The position numbers and the translations under genes were made by a program. From the NCBI GenBank assembly GCA_963762255.1, contig CAVXKA010000001.1, positions 576,001 to 640,000 of the forward strand: DNA of 64,000 nt. Reading direction: 5' to 3'. Of this stretch, positions 10,573 through 20,204 are shown piece by piece (positions within the stretch are counted from its first letter, which is position 1; every line of letters starts with the position of its first letter). The stretch comes from Candidatus Eiseniibacteriota bacterium. GTDB lineage: Bacteria; Eisenbacteria; RBG-16-71-46; JABDJR01. The notes beneath the pieces are model-generated. The model ran no database searches. It saw only the letters and a list, made by a program, of their open reading frames with translations, and was not told where the DNA came from.

Positions 10573-11152
10573 GACGCTCCCGAAGGAACGGCGAGAGCCG
10601 CAGCATGAGTTGTACGCGCTCGACCTCGCCCACCCACTCCGCGATCACCGCGGTCAATTCGTCTTCGTCGAGCAACGCGGCGCCGATCGGACACGCCGGG
10701 CCGAGCTGGTTCTTCGCCATCGCGCGATAGGTCGGCAACGTTCGATCGCCGAAGCGCGAGCACTCGAAGAAGTCCTCGGTGAGAAGGAGCACCACCGGCA
10801 CTTTGGTCGCACCGTTCAGTCTCAGTTCGTCGCGCAGATCCGGGTTCGCGTCGCGATCGGCGAGCCGCATCGAAAACGTGGGGCAGGCCTCCTCGATCCG
10901 CTTCAGGATGGGCACCTGGCGGATGCAGTCCCCGCACCAGTTGCCGGAAAGGACCAGCGCGTGGATGTGCCGGTTGAAGGCGCCCAGGAGCGCCTTCTGC
11001 GCTTCGGAGATCTGCACGATCGGGAGCATCGCGTCCCAGCGAGCGCGGTGGGCCTCAGAGGCGCTGGATACGTGCTGTTCGTAGGTCTCCCCGGCCTCGA
11101 AGTGGCGGCGGAAGAGATCGGAGCGACGGTCGAAGTACTTCGGCATTTCCAT
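10562..11152 (-). CDS. thioredoxin-like protein (WCGDC, Thioredoxin_9-like)
   Basis: NWCGDC active site and cis-Pro motif KVPVV. Confidence 0.8.
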   Translation of the reverse strand: MEMPKYFDRRSDLFRRHFEAGETYEQHVSSASEAHRARWDAMLPIVQISEAQKALLGAFNRHIHALVLSGNWCGDCIRQVPILKRIEEACPTFSMRLADRDANPDLRDELRLNGATKVPVVLLLTEDFFECSRFGDRTLPTYRAMAKNQLGPACPIGAALLDEDELTAVIAEWVGEVERVQLMLRLSPFLRERHGD

Positions 11153-11162
11153 TCGGAGAATC

Positions 11163-11879
11163 CTAGCACGGCTCTTGCGCGAGGTAGCGCTTGGCCGCAT
11201 CGAGCACGCAGTCCAGATCCTCGGGCTTGAGCTTTCCGGTGAACGTGTTCTGCTGGCTCGGGTGAAAGGTGTCGAAAAGCGCAGGACCGACTGCCGGTCG
11301 ATGCCGCGCACCGTGTGCGAAGGGGTGCGCGTTGAGCTTGATCGCGGCGCCGCTCGCCTGGAGATGACGCAGGTACGCGTCGTGGCCGAACCGGCCGAGC
11401 GCGAGCACGACCTGCACGCGGGGAAGCACGGCGAGTTCCTCGGCGAGGTACTCGCGGCAGTTCTCCGCCTCAGCGGGAGACGGCTTATTGGCGGGGGGAG
11501 CGCAGCGCACCGCGGCGGAGACGTACGCGTCGGTGAGCGCGAGGCCGTCCTCGCGGGTCACGGAGTGAGGCTGATTCGCGAACCCCGCGCGATGGAGCGC
11601 GGCGAAGAGGAAGTCGCCGGAGCGGTCGCCGGTGAAGACGCGGCCGGTGCGGTTGGCGCCATGCGCGCCGGGGGCCAGACCGAGGATGAAGAGGCGCGCC
11701 TGCGGATCGCCGAAACCGGGCACCGGCCTTCCCCAGTAGGTCCAGTCCGCGTAGGCGCGGCGCTTCTCGCTCGCGACCTTGAGGCAATGTGCGCGCAATC
11801 GCGGGCAGCGTTCGCACGCGACGATGCGGCGTTCGAGCGCATCGAGCTTCCTCTGCACGGGATCGACGGGCGCGGGCAT
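11163..11879 (-). CDS. udgB: uracil-DNA glycosylase family 5 (UdgB)
   Basis: CxxCPRL, GLAPGAHGANRTGRVFTGD and HPSQQN motifs. Confidence 0.9.
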   Translation of the reverse strand: MPAPVDPVQRKLDALERRIVACERCPRLRAHCLKVASEKRRAYADWTYWGRPVPGFGDPQARLFILGLAPGAHGANRTGRVFTGDRSGDFLFAALHRAGFANQPHSVTREDGLALTDAYVSAAVRCAPPANKPSPAEAENCREYLAEELAVLPRVQVVLALGRFGHDAYLRHLQASGAAIKLNAHPFAHGARHRPAVGPALFDTFHPSQQNTFTGKLKPEDLDCVLDAAKRYLAQEPC

Positions 11880-11899
11880 GCGGGGGAGGATAACGGACT

Positions 11900-12658
11900 C
11901 TATCGCCCGCGCCACTCCCAGACGCCGACCGCAAGCGACGATCCGTCGAGGACGGCCTCCACCTGAACCACCGCGGAGTCGCCGTCCAAGGGCGGCACGA
12001 ACCGGGCTTGATCGCCGGTGGGCTCGATGGCGCCCGCGCTCGCGCGCCAGCGGTAGATCAGCCGCTGGGATTCCTCCGGGGTGAGGGTCGGGATCGCCTT
12101 GAGGAGTACGGCGTCCCCGTCCGCGCCGGCCGCGACATGAACGTCGAAGTACACGCCGAGCGCCTGGTTGGGTTCGGGCAGGCTCACGATCACCGCCGTT
12201 CCCTGCGCGTCGATGCTGACAACGATTTCCCCCAGCATCTCGCAGGTATTGGTCCTGCCCTGGTACGTTCCCATAACCTGCGGGTAGACACGGATCTGGT
12301 GCTGTCCGGGCGTGAAACCGCCGGCCTCGTTGCGAGGCCCCCACGTGAACGAGAACGAGCGCGGGAGGTGGAGGACCGCCTCGGTGGGTGTGCCCACCTC
12401 CGCCGACAGGTTGACCGCCTCGATCTCCGAGACCACGGTGTCGGTCACGGTGCCCGTGAAGGTCGCGGTTCCGCCGAGCGGAATCGTGTCCCGGTCGGTG
12501 GTGATCCGCAGAGGCGCGTCGCGGTCGAGCCGATCGCAGAGCGGGGGCGGCAACGGATCGCACACCTGGCTGCACCCCTGGTTGTCGCAGGCAGCCACAC
12601 CCGCAGCCAGCGCTCCGGCCGTCCACACGAGACCTTTTCCTCGCTTCAAGCTTCTCAT
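11900..12658 (-). CDS. putative lipoprotein with N-terminal Cys-rich VCDPLPPP motif and Ig-like C-terminus
   Basis: Lipobox-like VAAC; ATGA overlap with the radical SAM gene stop. Confidence 0.6.
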   Translation of the reverse strand: MRSLKRGKGLVWTAGALAAGVAACDNQGCSQVCDPLPPPLCDRLDRDAPLRITTDRDTIPLGGTATFTGTVTDTVVSEIEAVNLSAEVGTPTEAVLHLPRSFSFTWGPRNEAGGFTPGQHQIRVYPQVMGTYQGRTNTCEMLGEIVVSIDAQGTAVIVSLPEPNQALGVYFDVHVAAGADGDAVLLKAIPTLTPEESQRLIYRWRASAGAIEPTGDQARFVPPLDGDSAVVQVEAVLDGSSLAVGVWEWRGR

Positions 12659-14241
12659 GCCATCACTCCTTCTCCGGCCAGGGCGCGCACCCGAGCCTCG
12701 AGAACCCTCAATCGGTCGCGAAGCGCGAGATCGCGCCGACTCACGTCCCAAGCTAGATCCGATCCCGCCGCCACGAGCGCTTCGCGCGAGATGGCCTCGT
12801 CGGCGGCCAGCGCGCAGATGCTCTCCACGACCTTCGCCGTATCGAGAACCAGAGTCCTCTCGAAATCGGTCACCGCCGACTCCAGATCGCCTACCTCCGC
12901 CTCGGGCCATGCCCTCCGGATGACGGCCGGCTCGTAACCGAGACTCGACGCCAGGTTCAGGACCCCATCCAGTTCAAATGCGCGGCGGCGGAAGACCAGG
13001 GTGACCAGACGCGACGCCAATTCTACCCGCCGATCGCGAATGCTGTAGAAAGGGGCGAACTCGGGGCCGCTCAGACGCCTTTCACGCCGCAGACGGCGCT
13101 CCAGCGGTGTGCCTGCGTAGATCTCCGCGCGCCCAAGGTTGAACAGCGCCTCGGGGTGTGAACGCGCAAAGGCGACGTCCTCACGAACTTCATCCAGGGT
13201 CGCTTCAGGGTGGAAGGAAAGTAGGTTGTAGCAGGCGAAAACGCCGATCTGCGCGAACGCATCGAGGGCGCGATGGCAGGCATCGACGCTCATGCCGCGA
13301 CCCAGCACTTTGAGGCCGTGCGCGTTCCCGGATTCGATGCCGACGTACGCACGGACCACCCCGGCATCCTTGAGCGCCCACACCACATCTTCGGTCACCA
13401 CGTCCGGCCGAATCTTGATCACGAGCGAAACACCGTCCAGCCCGGCGCGGCGAAGAAGCGCGGCCAGCGTGACAGCGCGGTCGAGACTCGCGCTTGCCGT
13501 CGGACAGAGGAAGTTGTCGTCGTGGAAGATGAACACACGCACGTCGTGGCGGTGGTAGAGATCTGCCATTTCTTCGACGACAGCGGGCAAGGTGCGCATT
13601 CGGTGCCGCGGTCCCGGACGATGGCGGCCGTAGGTCTGGATCGAGCAATAGGTGCAACCCTGCAGGCAGCCGCGACTTCCCAGCATAGCGGCCAACGGAA
13701 CGCCGGCTTGGCGGAGGAAGGGAGGAGCGCGCAGCGGCCACGGGAGCAAGTCCAGATCGGGCAGCGCCGGCCGAGGCGGGTTCTCCACGATCTTGGGGCT
13801 ATCATCGCGACTCCGCACGCTGACACCGAGCACGTCTTCCAGCCCGCGGTTCGCCGTGAGCCGGTCCAACAGCTCGACCAGCGTCTCCTCGCCGTCGCCG
13901 CGCACGACGGAATCGAGCTCGGGTGAGAGTTCGAGAAGCCTGAGCGCGGCCACGGTAGCGAACTGACCGCCCGCGGTGAGGTGACCCGCGAAGCCCGCGG
14001 CGCGCAGGGCGCTCGCCAGATCCAGGAAGCGGGTCATACCGGCCTGAAACGTCATGGAGAGCCCGATCACGCGGGGATTGAGAGCGAGCGAGCGCGTGAC
14101 GGCGATCTCCAGGGGCGCCTGCGTGTCGAGCGGGACCATGACGGTTCGATAGCCCGCTCGGACAGCGGCGGCAGCAAGATAGCGAACGGCCAGGTTCTCT
14201 TCGGATTCCGCACCTATCAGAACGAGGTCCGCTCGATCCAT
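12655..14241 (-). CDS. B12-binding domain radical SAM protein (class B methyltransferase-like)
   Basis: N-terminal cobalamin-binding domain (AGGQFAT, VVRGDGE); SRGCLQGCTYC (CxxxCxxC); FHDDNF; VGIESG. Confidence 0.9.
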   Translation of the reverse strand: MDRADLVLIGAESEENLAVRYLAAAAVRAGYRTVMVPLDTQAPLEIAVTRSLALNPRVIGLSMTFQAGMTRFLDLASALRAAGFAGHLTAGGQFATVAALRLLELSPELDSVVRGDGEETLVELLDRLTANRGLEDVLGVSVRSRDDSPKIVENPPRPALPDLDLLPWPLRAPPFLRQAGVPLAAMLGSRGCLQGCTYCSIQTYGRHRPGPRHRMRTLPAVVEEMADLYHRHDVRVFIFHDDNFLCPTASASLDRAVTLAALLRRAGLDGVSLVIKIRPDVVTEDVVWALKDAGVVRAYVGIESGNAHGLKVLGRGMSVDACHRALDAFAQIGVFACYNLLSFHPEATLDEVREDVAFARSHPEALFNLGRAEIYAGTPLERRLRRERRLSGPEFAPFYSIRDRRVELASRLVTLVFRRRAFELDGVLNLASSLGYEPAVIRRAWPEAEVGDLESAVTDFERTLVLDTAKVVESICALAADEAISREALVAAGSDLAWDVSRRDLALRDRLRVLEARVRALAGEGVMA

Positions 14242-14257
14242 CCTCGCCTCCCGCCGA

Positions 14258-14986
14258 TCAAACCACCTTGCGCTCCCCCAAGTTCCAGCGTTCCATGAGC
14301 CAGTTCTCGAACCCCTGCGCGGCGGACAAGTCCGCGAACACGGCGGTCGCGCCCGCATCCCGCAGTCCATCCACGGTCGTGCTTCCGGTGGCCACGCCCA
14401 CGGTCAGGAAGTCGTGCGCGAGACCGGCGGCGACATCGGACGCGGTGTCGCCGATCACGAGCACGTCGTGCGGTGCGAAGCGCACGCCGACGCGGCCCTC
14501 GGCGCGTGCCAGCGCGTACTTCGCCATCACCGCGCGGTCGTCGGCGTCGCTCCCGAACCCGCCGAACGGAAAGTAGTGATTGAAGCCGAACGGCTCCAGC
14601 TTGATGCGGGCGCCGCGCTCGACGTTGCCGGTCAGGAGCCCCAGCAGCAGGCGCGGGTCGGCATGGAGGCTCTCCAACAGCTCGGGCACGCCGGGGCAGG
14701 GTTCCTTCGTATCCGACTCAGCTACCGTGGCGCGCAGGTGCGCGAGGTACGCGGTCTCGAACTCACCGAGGCGCGAACGCAGTGCATCCGGCGTGATCCC
14801 CAGCACGCGCGCCATCTCCTTGATGATCCGGGGATCGCTGTTGCCGGCGAAGGGCACCGACTTGAGCACCGGGTTGTCCTCGGCATCCACGCCGAAGAGG
14901 TCGCGGAAGGCGCGCTCGAGGGCCCGCCGCCCGAAGCCGCGTCCTCGGATCAGCGTCCCGTCGATATCGAAGAGGATGAGATGCAT
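14258..14986 (-). CDS. HAD family hydrolase (phosphoglycolate phosphatase-like)
   Basis: LFDIDGTL, LTGN and VIGDTASD motifs. Confidence 0.9.
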   Translation of the reverse strand: MHLILFDIDGTLIRGRGFGRRALERAFRDLFGVDAEDNPVLKSVPFAGNSDPRIIKEMARVLGITPDALRSRLGEFETAYLAHLRATVAESDTKEPCPGVPELLESLHADPRLLLGLLTGNVERGARIKLEPFGFNHYFPFGGFGSDADDRAVMAKYALARAEGRVGVRFAPHDVLVIGDTASDVAAGLAHDFLTVGVATGSTTVDGLRDAGATAVFADLSAAQGFENWLMERWNLGERKVV

Positions 14987-15070
14987 CCGGGGAGTATACC
15001 CATTAAGCTCATGGGGCTGACGTCTTCAACGTGCCCTCACGGTTCCCCCCCAACGAAGCGGAAGATCCCC

Positions 15071-15532
15071 ATGACGGCATCGGCCCCCAAACTGAAAGTG
15101 CTTTTCCTCTGCACCGGTAACTCCTGCCGGAGCCAGATGGCGGAAGGGTGGGCGCGCGCGTTGGTGGGCGACCGCATCGAGCCCACCTCCGCTGGAATCG
15201 AGACCCACGGGCTCAACCCGCATGCGGTGCGGGTCATGGCCGAAGCCGGTGTGGACATCTCGAACCACCGGTCGAAGCATGTGGACGAGCTCTCGGCGGT
15301 CCGCTTCGACGCCGTGATCACGGTCTGCGACAACGCTCACGAGAGCTGCCCGCTCTTCCCGGGCAAGACGCTCGTCCTGCACCACGGCTTCGACGATCCC
15401 CCGCGACTGGCTCGCGATGCGGCGACCGAAGAGGAAGCGCTCACGCACTACCGACGCGTGCGGGACGAGATCCGCGCGTTCGTACTCGCGCTGCCGGCGC
15501 TGCTTGCCGCCGAAGGGCTCACGAGGCCGTGA
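15071..15532 (+). CDS. arsC: thioredoxin-dependent arsenate reductase (LMW-PTP fold)
   Basis: [22 protein letters not shown] and DDPP motifs. Confidence 0.92.
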   Translation: MTASAPKLKVLFLCTGNSCRSQMAEGWARALVGDRIEPTSAGIETHGLNPHAVRVMAEAGVDISNHRSKHVDELSAVRFDAVITVCDNAHESCPLFPGKTLVLHHGFDDPPRLARDAATEEEALTHYRRVRDEIRAFVLALPALLAAEGLTRP

Positions 15533-16607
15533 CGAAATACCGGCGGCGGAACCAGAAGGCCACATTGACCAGTCCGATCATCACGGGTACCTCGACCAGC
15601 GGGCCGATGACGGCGGCAAAGGCCGTGCCGGAATTGATGCCGAAGACGGCGATCGCCACCGCGATGGCCAGCTCGAAGTTGTTGCTCGCAGCGGTGAAGG
15701 CCAGCGTCGTCGTCTTGCGGTAGTCGGCGCCTATCTTGCGCCCCAAATAGAAAGACACCAGGAACATCACCACGAAGTAGACGAGCAACGGAATGGCGAT
15801 GCGCACGACGTCCCCGGGAATCTGGACGATCAGGTCGCCCTTGAGGCTGAACATGAGCACGATGGTGAAGAGCAGGGCGATCAGGGTCAGGGGACTGATC
15901 CTGGGAACGACAACGGCGTGGTAGCGCTCGCGCCCCATGAGCTTCACGCCCACCAGACGGGTCAATGCTCCGGCCAGGAACGGAATGCCGAGGTAGATGA
16001 ACACGCTCTTGGCGATCTGGCCGATGGTGATGTCGATGGCCGTCCCCTTCAGGCCGAACAGCGGGGGCAACACCGTGAGAAAGAACCAGGCATAGACACT
16101 GAAGAAGAGCACCTGGAACACGCTGTTGAACGCGACCAGCCCGGCGGCGTATTCCGTGTCCCCCTTCGCCAGCTCGTTCCAGACAATGACCATCGCGATG
16201 CAACGAGCCAGCCCGATCAGAATCAGGCCCGCCATGTAGGCCGGGTAGTCGGCAAGAAACACGATGGCGATGAAGAACATCAGGAAGGGACCGATCACCC
16301 AGTTCTGAAGCAGGGAGAGTCCCAGGACGCGCTTGTCGCGGAAGACGTCCCCCATCTCCTCGTATCTCACCTTGGCGAAGGGCGGATACATCATCAGGAT
16401 CAGCCCGATGGCGATGGGAATGTTGGTGGTCCCCACCGTGAAGCGGTCGACAAAGGTCTTGGTCCCGGGGATGAGCCAGCCCGCCAGGACCCCGGCCGCC
16501 ATGGCAGCGAAGATCCAAAGGGTCAGGTAGCGGTCGAGGAAGGAGAGGTTCTTGCCGACTCCTCCCCTGGCACCGGCGGTTGGGCGCAGGTTCCGGTCGC
16601 GGTTCAT
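15519..16607 (-). CDS. acr3: ACR3 family arsenite efflux transporter
   Basis: [30 protein letters not shown] and GPLVEVP motifs. Confidence 0.95.
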   Translation of the reverse strand: MNRDRNLRPTAGARGGVGKNLSFLDRYLTLWIFAAMAAGVLAGWLIPGTKTFVDRFTVGTTNIPIAIGLILMMYPPFAKVRYEEMGDVFRDKRVLGLSLLQNWVIGPFLMFFIAIVFLADYPAYMAGLILIGLARCIAMVIVWNELAKGDTEYAAGLVAFNSVFQVLFFSVYAWFFLTVLPPLFGLKGTAIDITIGQIAKSVFIYLGIPFLAGALTRLVGVKLMGRERYHAVVVPRISPLTLIALLFTIVLMFSLKGDLIVQIPGDVVRIAIPLLVYFVVMFLVSFYLGRKIGADYRKTTTLAFTAASNNFELAIAVAIAVFGINSGTAFAAVIGPLVEVPVMIGLVNVAFWFRRRYFVTAS

Positions 16608-16843
16608 CCCCGGCTCTCCTTCTGGCGGCGGGAATTCGACCGAGGAGCTGCCGGTACGAGGACCGAGGCCGGAGGCAAACTGCAGAGTTCGTCGGCGGGG
16701 ACCGCCAGAACCTGACGCAGCCGGCGGCGATCCGCTCGAATACGAGGGTCCCGGTCCAGTCGCCCCTTGAGAAGGCTGCGTACCCCGGCCACGTATGGGT
16801 TACCCTTGTCCGTGGCCTTGAGAGCAAGCTCGAGATCGCGCAC
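16604..16843 (-). pseudogene. ArsR-family regulator with internal deletion of the HTH/metal-sensing core
   Basis: N-terminal MRDLELALKA is joined directly to a C-terminal NPY..LLKG.L..DPRI.ADR.RL..ELC segment; sits directly upstream of acr3. Confidence 0.6.
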
Positions 16844-16863
16844 GCGCGGGAACTCCTTTCCTC

Positions 16864-16883
16864 ATTTCGTCACATGACGGGAT
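16864..16883. promoter_or_regulatory. ArsR-type inverted-repeat operator ATTTCGTCA-CA-TGACGGGAT
   Basis: Imperfect palindrome in the short spacer between the divergent arsR remnant and the selenoprotein gene. Confidence 0.55.
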
Positions 16884-16911
16884 TATGGTGGACGGGAGAG
16901 AGAGAAGGAAC

Positions 16912-17899
16912 ATGATCTGGCGAAAGCTCCTCTGGTTCGGATCCCTGGCTGCGACGGTCGCCGCCCTCCTCCTGGCCCTTCCCGCGTCCGAGAGCGCGGG
17001 CCAGGTCACGTCGGCGACGATCCTCTCCACCGCCTCCACGAACGGCGAGACGTCTCCCTGTGGGTGACACAAGCCGCAGGTAGGCGGGCTCGCCCGGAGG
17101 GCGACCGTTATCAAGGCTGAGTGGGCGAACGGGAATCCCACTCTGTTGGTGGACGCGGGCAACTGGGGTGACAGCAAGGGCAGCGCAGCCTGGGACAAGA
17201 CCCAGTTCATCTTCGACGAGATGGGCCAGATGAAGTACGACGTGGTCACGCCCGGCGACTGCCGAACTGAGCCAGGGCGTGCACGCGCTCGAGAAGCTCC
17301 TTGCCTCGCAGCCACAGGTGAGCGTGGTCTCGGCAAACGTGAAGGACAAGTCGGGCAGGCTGGTCTTCCCCGAGTCGGTGGTCATCACCAAGGGCGGAGT
17401 CCGGTTCGGGGTGACAGGGGTCACCGGCGCGTTGTCCTATAACGCCAACGTCACCCAGGGTCTCCAGGCCGTGGACGAATTCACCTTCGAGGACTCCGGG
17501 GCGACGTTGCGACGCGTTCTCCCCAAGTTGCGCGGCGAGTGCGACATCGTGGTCGTCCTCATGCATGAGACCTTGAAAGACGCCCAGCGGATCGTGAACG
17601 AGGTGCTGGGCATGGACGTGGTGATCGTGGGCCACAACGCCGGCTTCCAGCCGGCTCCCGAGCAAGTGGGCGAGACGCTCGTGGTCCACCCCGGCAACCG
17701 AGGGCAGTACGTCCACTCGCTGGAACTGACCCTCGACGGCAATGCGAAGATCGTCGACTTCAAGGGCAGAGGGAAGCCGCTCAACGAGAGCGTGGCCAAG
17801 GATCCCGAGTTCGACAAGGTCGTCACAGAGTGGGAGACGGCATCCAAGGCCCGCCAGGCGGAGGGGATGCGCAAGAAGGCGCCACCCAAGCCACGGTGA
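16912..17899 (+). CDS. secreted UshA/5'-nucleotidase-like metallophosphoesterase-fold selenoprotein (CGU motif; frameshift near 17260)
   Basis: Signal peptide, then GETSPCG-TGA(17065-67)-HKPQVGGLARRAT..LLVDAGN in frame; continues with VSANV, GVTGV and VIVGH motifs. Confidence 0.8.
17087..17106 (+). promoter_or_regulatory. bacterial SECIS-like hairpin (TCGCCC-GGA-GGGCGA)
   Basis: 6-bp perfect stem with a G-first apical loop about 28 nt downstream of the in-frame UGA. Confidence 0.6.
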
Positions 17900-17996
17900 T
17901 CCCGGGAATTCGGGCCTGACGCCAGACGCGTCAGGATGCCACAGACCGGATCCGGCCCCAGGCACCCGAGGGAAGTGACGAAGAAACCCTGGAATG

Positions 17997-18014
17997 TATG
18001 GCCGCATGGCCATA
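17997..18014. promoter_or_regulatory. palindromic operator TATGGCC-GCAT-GGCCATA upstream of arsR
   Basis: Perfect 7-4-7 inverted repeat directly before the ArsR start codon. Confidence 0.6.
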
Positions 18015-18019
18015 TACTC

Positions 18020-18331
18020 ATGATTATGAAATCGGCAACTGGACTCGGCAGGCGGGTGTTCCGGGATCAGGCTCGCGTCATGAAGGCGCTGGCCAACGAG
18101 TCGCGCCTCATGATCGTCGATCGTTTGAGCCGGGGGGAGTGCAGCGCCGGGGAGCTGACCCAGCTCGTTGGGACTGACCAAACGACGGTTTCGAAGCACC
18201 TCGCCGTACTGCGGGCCTACGGGATTGTCGAGGACCGCCGGGAGGGAAGCGCCGTCATCTACAGGCTGCTCACGCCGTGCGTGATGAACTTCTTCTCATG
18301 CGCAACTCAGGTCTTGAAGGCACCCAGATGA
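18020..18331 (+). CDS. ArsR/SmtB family transcriptional regulator
   Basis: KALANESRLMI, TVSKHLAVL..GIV and C-terminal PCVMNFFSC motifs. Confidence 0.9.
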   Translation: MIMKSATGLGRRVFRDQARVMKALANESRLMIVDRLSRGECSAGELTQLVGTDQTTVSKHLAVLRAYGIVEDRREGSAVIYRLLTPCVMNFFSCATQVLKAPR

Positions 18332-18346
18332 GGCGCAATTTTCTAT

Positions 18347-18382
18347 TTGACAATAACTTGCTGGTTTGGCCAAGTCGCCATG
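18347..18382 (+). promoter_or_regulatory. sigma70 -35 (TTGACA) with downstream ArsR-like box TTTGGCCAAGTCGCCATG
   Basis: Consensus TTGACA at 18347-18352 and an imperfect palindrome resembling the 17997 operator. Confidence 0.45.
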
Positions 18383-18410
18383 ACTCGGCCGGGACATCAG
18401 GGACTCTGCC

Positions 18411-19487
18411 ATGAGAAACACAGGACCTGCGGCGGGACCCGCGTGTGCGTGCGGACAGGAGCGGCGAGTTCTCCCCCTGCGGTGGATCGCCGTCGCTCTG
18501 GCGGCTGTCGCTTGGATCTTCGTCTACCGGAGTCTCGATCCGTTCTCGAACTGGTTCGCATATGAGCTGCTCGGCCTGCGGGCAGGCAGCCATGTCGCCT
18601 CCGCGGTCCAGTTCTTCGTCTTCGAGGCGCCCAAGGTCATGATGCTGCTCACGATCGTGGTCTTCGGCGTGGGGATCGTGCGTTCATTCTTCACTCCCGA
18701 GCGCACGCGCCGCATTCTTGCCGGCAAACGGGAGACCGCCGGCAACGTATTCGCGGGTCTGCTTGGAGTCGTGACCCCATTCTGCTCCTGCTCGGCGGTG
18801 CCTCTGTTCATCGGGTTCGTGACGACGGGGGTCCCGCTCGGGGTTACGTTTTCCTTCCTCATCTCCGCGCCCATGGTCAACGAGGTTGCCCTCGTGCTCC
18901 TCTTCGGGCTCTTCGGCTGGAAAGTGGCCTTGCTCTACATGGGCACCGGTCTGGTCATCGCGATCGGCGGTGGTTGGGTGATCGGCCGACTGCGCCTCGA
19001 ACGTTGGGTGGAAGGATGGGTGTACGAAATGGCACCCGGGACGGGCGATGCCATCGGCGAACCCTCCCCGAGCTGGGCGGACCGAGTCGCGCGTGGACGA
19101 GCCGCGGTGAGGGAAATCGTCGGCAAGGTCTGGCCGTTCGTGCTGGCCGGCATCGCCGTTGGAGCCGGCATCCACGGCTATGTCCCTCAGGACTTCATGG
19201 CCTCCATCATGGGCAAGGAGGCGTGGTGGTCCGTCCCGCTCGCTGTCCTGATCGGCATTCCGATGTACTCCAATGCGGCCGGGATCATCCCCATCGTGCA
19301 GGCTTTGCTCGGCAAGGGGGCCGCGCTCGGGACGGTGCTTGCGTTCATGATGGCGGTCATCGGGCTGTCGCTTCCCGAGATGATCATCCTTCGCAAGGTC
19401 CTCAAGGTGCCTCTCATAATCGCCTTCGCGGGCGTGGTCGGCCTCGGAATTCTGGTGGTCGGGTACTTATTCAACATCCTCATCTGA
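18411..19487 (+). CDS. DUF318/ArsP-like permease
   Basis: TPFCSCSAVP, SAPMVNE, GIPMYSNA and LSLPEMIIL motifs. Confidence 0.9.
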   Translation: MRNTGPAAGPACACGQERRVLPLRWIAVALAAVAWIFVYRSLDPFSNWFAYELLGLRAGSHVASAVQFFVFEAPKVMMLLTIVVFGVGIVRSFFTPERTRRILAGKRETAGNVFAGLLGVVTPFCSCSAVPLFIGFVTTGVPLGVTFSFLISAPMVNEVALVLLFGLFGWKVALLYMGTGLVIAIGGGWVIGRLRLERWVEGWVYEMAPGTGDAIGEPSPSWADRVARGRAAVREIVGKVWPFVLAGIAVGAGIHGYVPQDFMASIMGKEAWWSVPLAVLIGIPMYSNAAGIIPIVQALLGKGAALGTVLAFMMAVIGLSLPEMIILRKVLKVPLIIAFAGVVGLGILVVGYLFNILI

Positions 19488-19499
19488 GAAGGAGTCACG

Positions 19500-19730
19500 A
19501 TGCGAATCCAGGTAATCGGAACCGGCTGCCCCAAGTGCAAGCTCTTGGCGGAACACGCCGAGACCGCGGTGAAGGAACTGGGCATCGAGGCCCGTGTCGA
19601 GAAAGTGACCGAGATCGACAAGATCATCGCTATGGGGGTCATGGCCACGCCAGCCCTCGCCGTGGACGGCGTGGTCAAGTCATCCGGCAGAGTGCTTTCG
19701 GCCAAGGACATCCAGGAGTTGCTGAAATGA
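19500..19730 (+). CDS. MTH895/ArsE-like small redox-active disulfide protein
   Basis: GTGCPKC and MATPALAVDG motifs. Confidence 0.85.
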   Translation: MRIQVIGTGCPKCKLLAEHAETAVKELGIEARVEKVTEIDKIIAMGVMATPALAVDGVVKSSGRVLSAKDIQELLK

Positions 19731-20203
19731 ACGCGCGGAAGATCGTCACGCTGCTGCTTCTGGTTCTGGTCGCGGCCAGCGCCGCGTACCTCGTGGTGGA
19801 CGGCGCGCGCGGACGCGCTGCCTCTCGGGCCGACTCCGCATCGAACGGCGACGCCGCTCCCGCGGCCGCCGATCGGGTGATCGCTTACTACTTCCACGGG
19901 TCACAGCGGTGCCGGACATGCCTGACCATCGAGGCCTACACGGCGGAAGCCATCCAGACAGGCTTCGCCGACGCGCTCTCCAACGGGACGCTCGAGTGGA
20001 AGGTGGTCAACATCGAAGAGCCCGAGAACGAGCACTTCGTCGAGGACTACCAGATCACGACGCGGACGGTGGTGCTGGTAGAGATGAAGGACGGGAAGCA
20101 GGTCCGCTGGTCGACGCTGGGCCGGGTGTGGGATCTGGTGGACGACCAACCGGCGTTCATGACCTACATCCAGGAAGAGACAAAGGGATACCTCGGGAGC
20201 TGA
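19727..20203 (+). CDS. ArsF-like membrane-anchored thioredoxin-fold protein
   Basis: N-terminal TM segment; YYFHGSQRCRTC motif; ATGA overlap. Confidence 0.8.
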   Translation: MNARKIVTLLLLVLVAASAAYLVVDGARGRAASRADSASNGDAAPAAADRVIAYYFHGSQRCRTCLTIEAYTAEAIQTGFADALSNGTLEWKVVNIEEPENEHFVEDYQITTRTVVLVEMKDGKQVRWSTLGRVWDLVDDQPAFMTYIQEETKGYLGS

Positions 20204-20204
20204 C

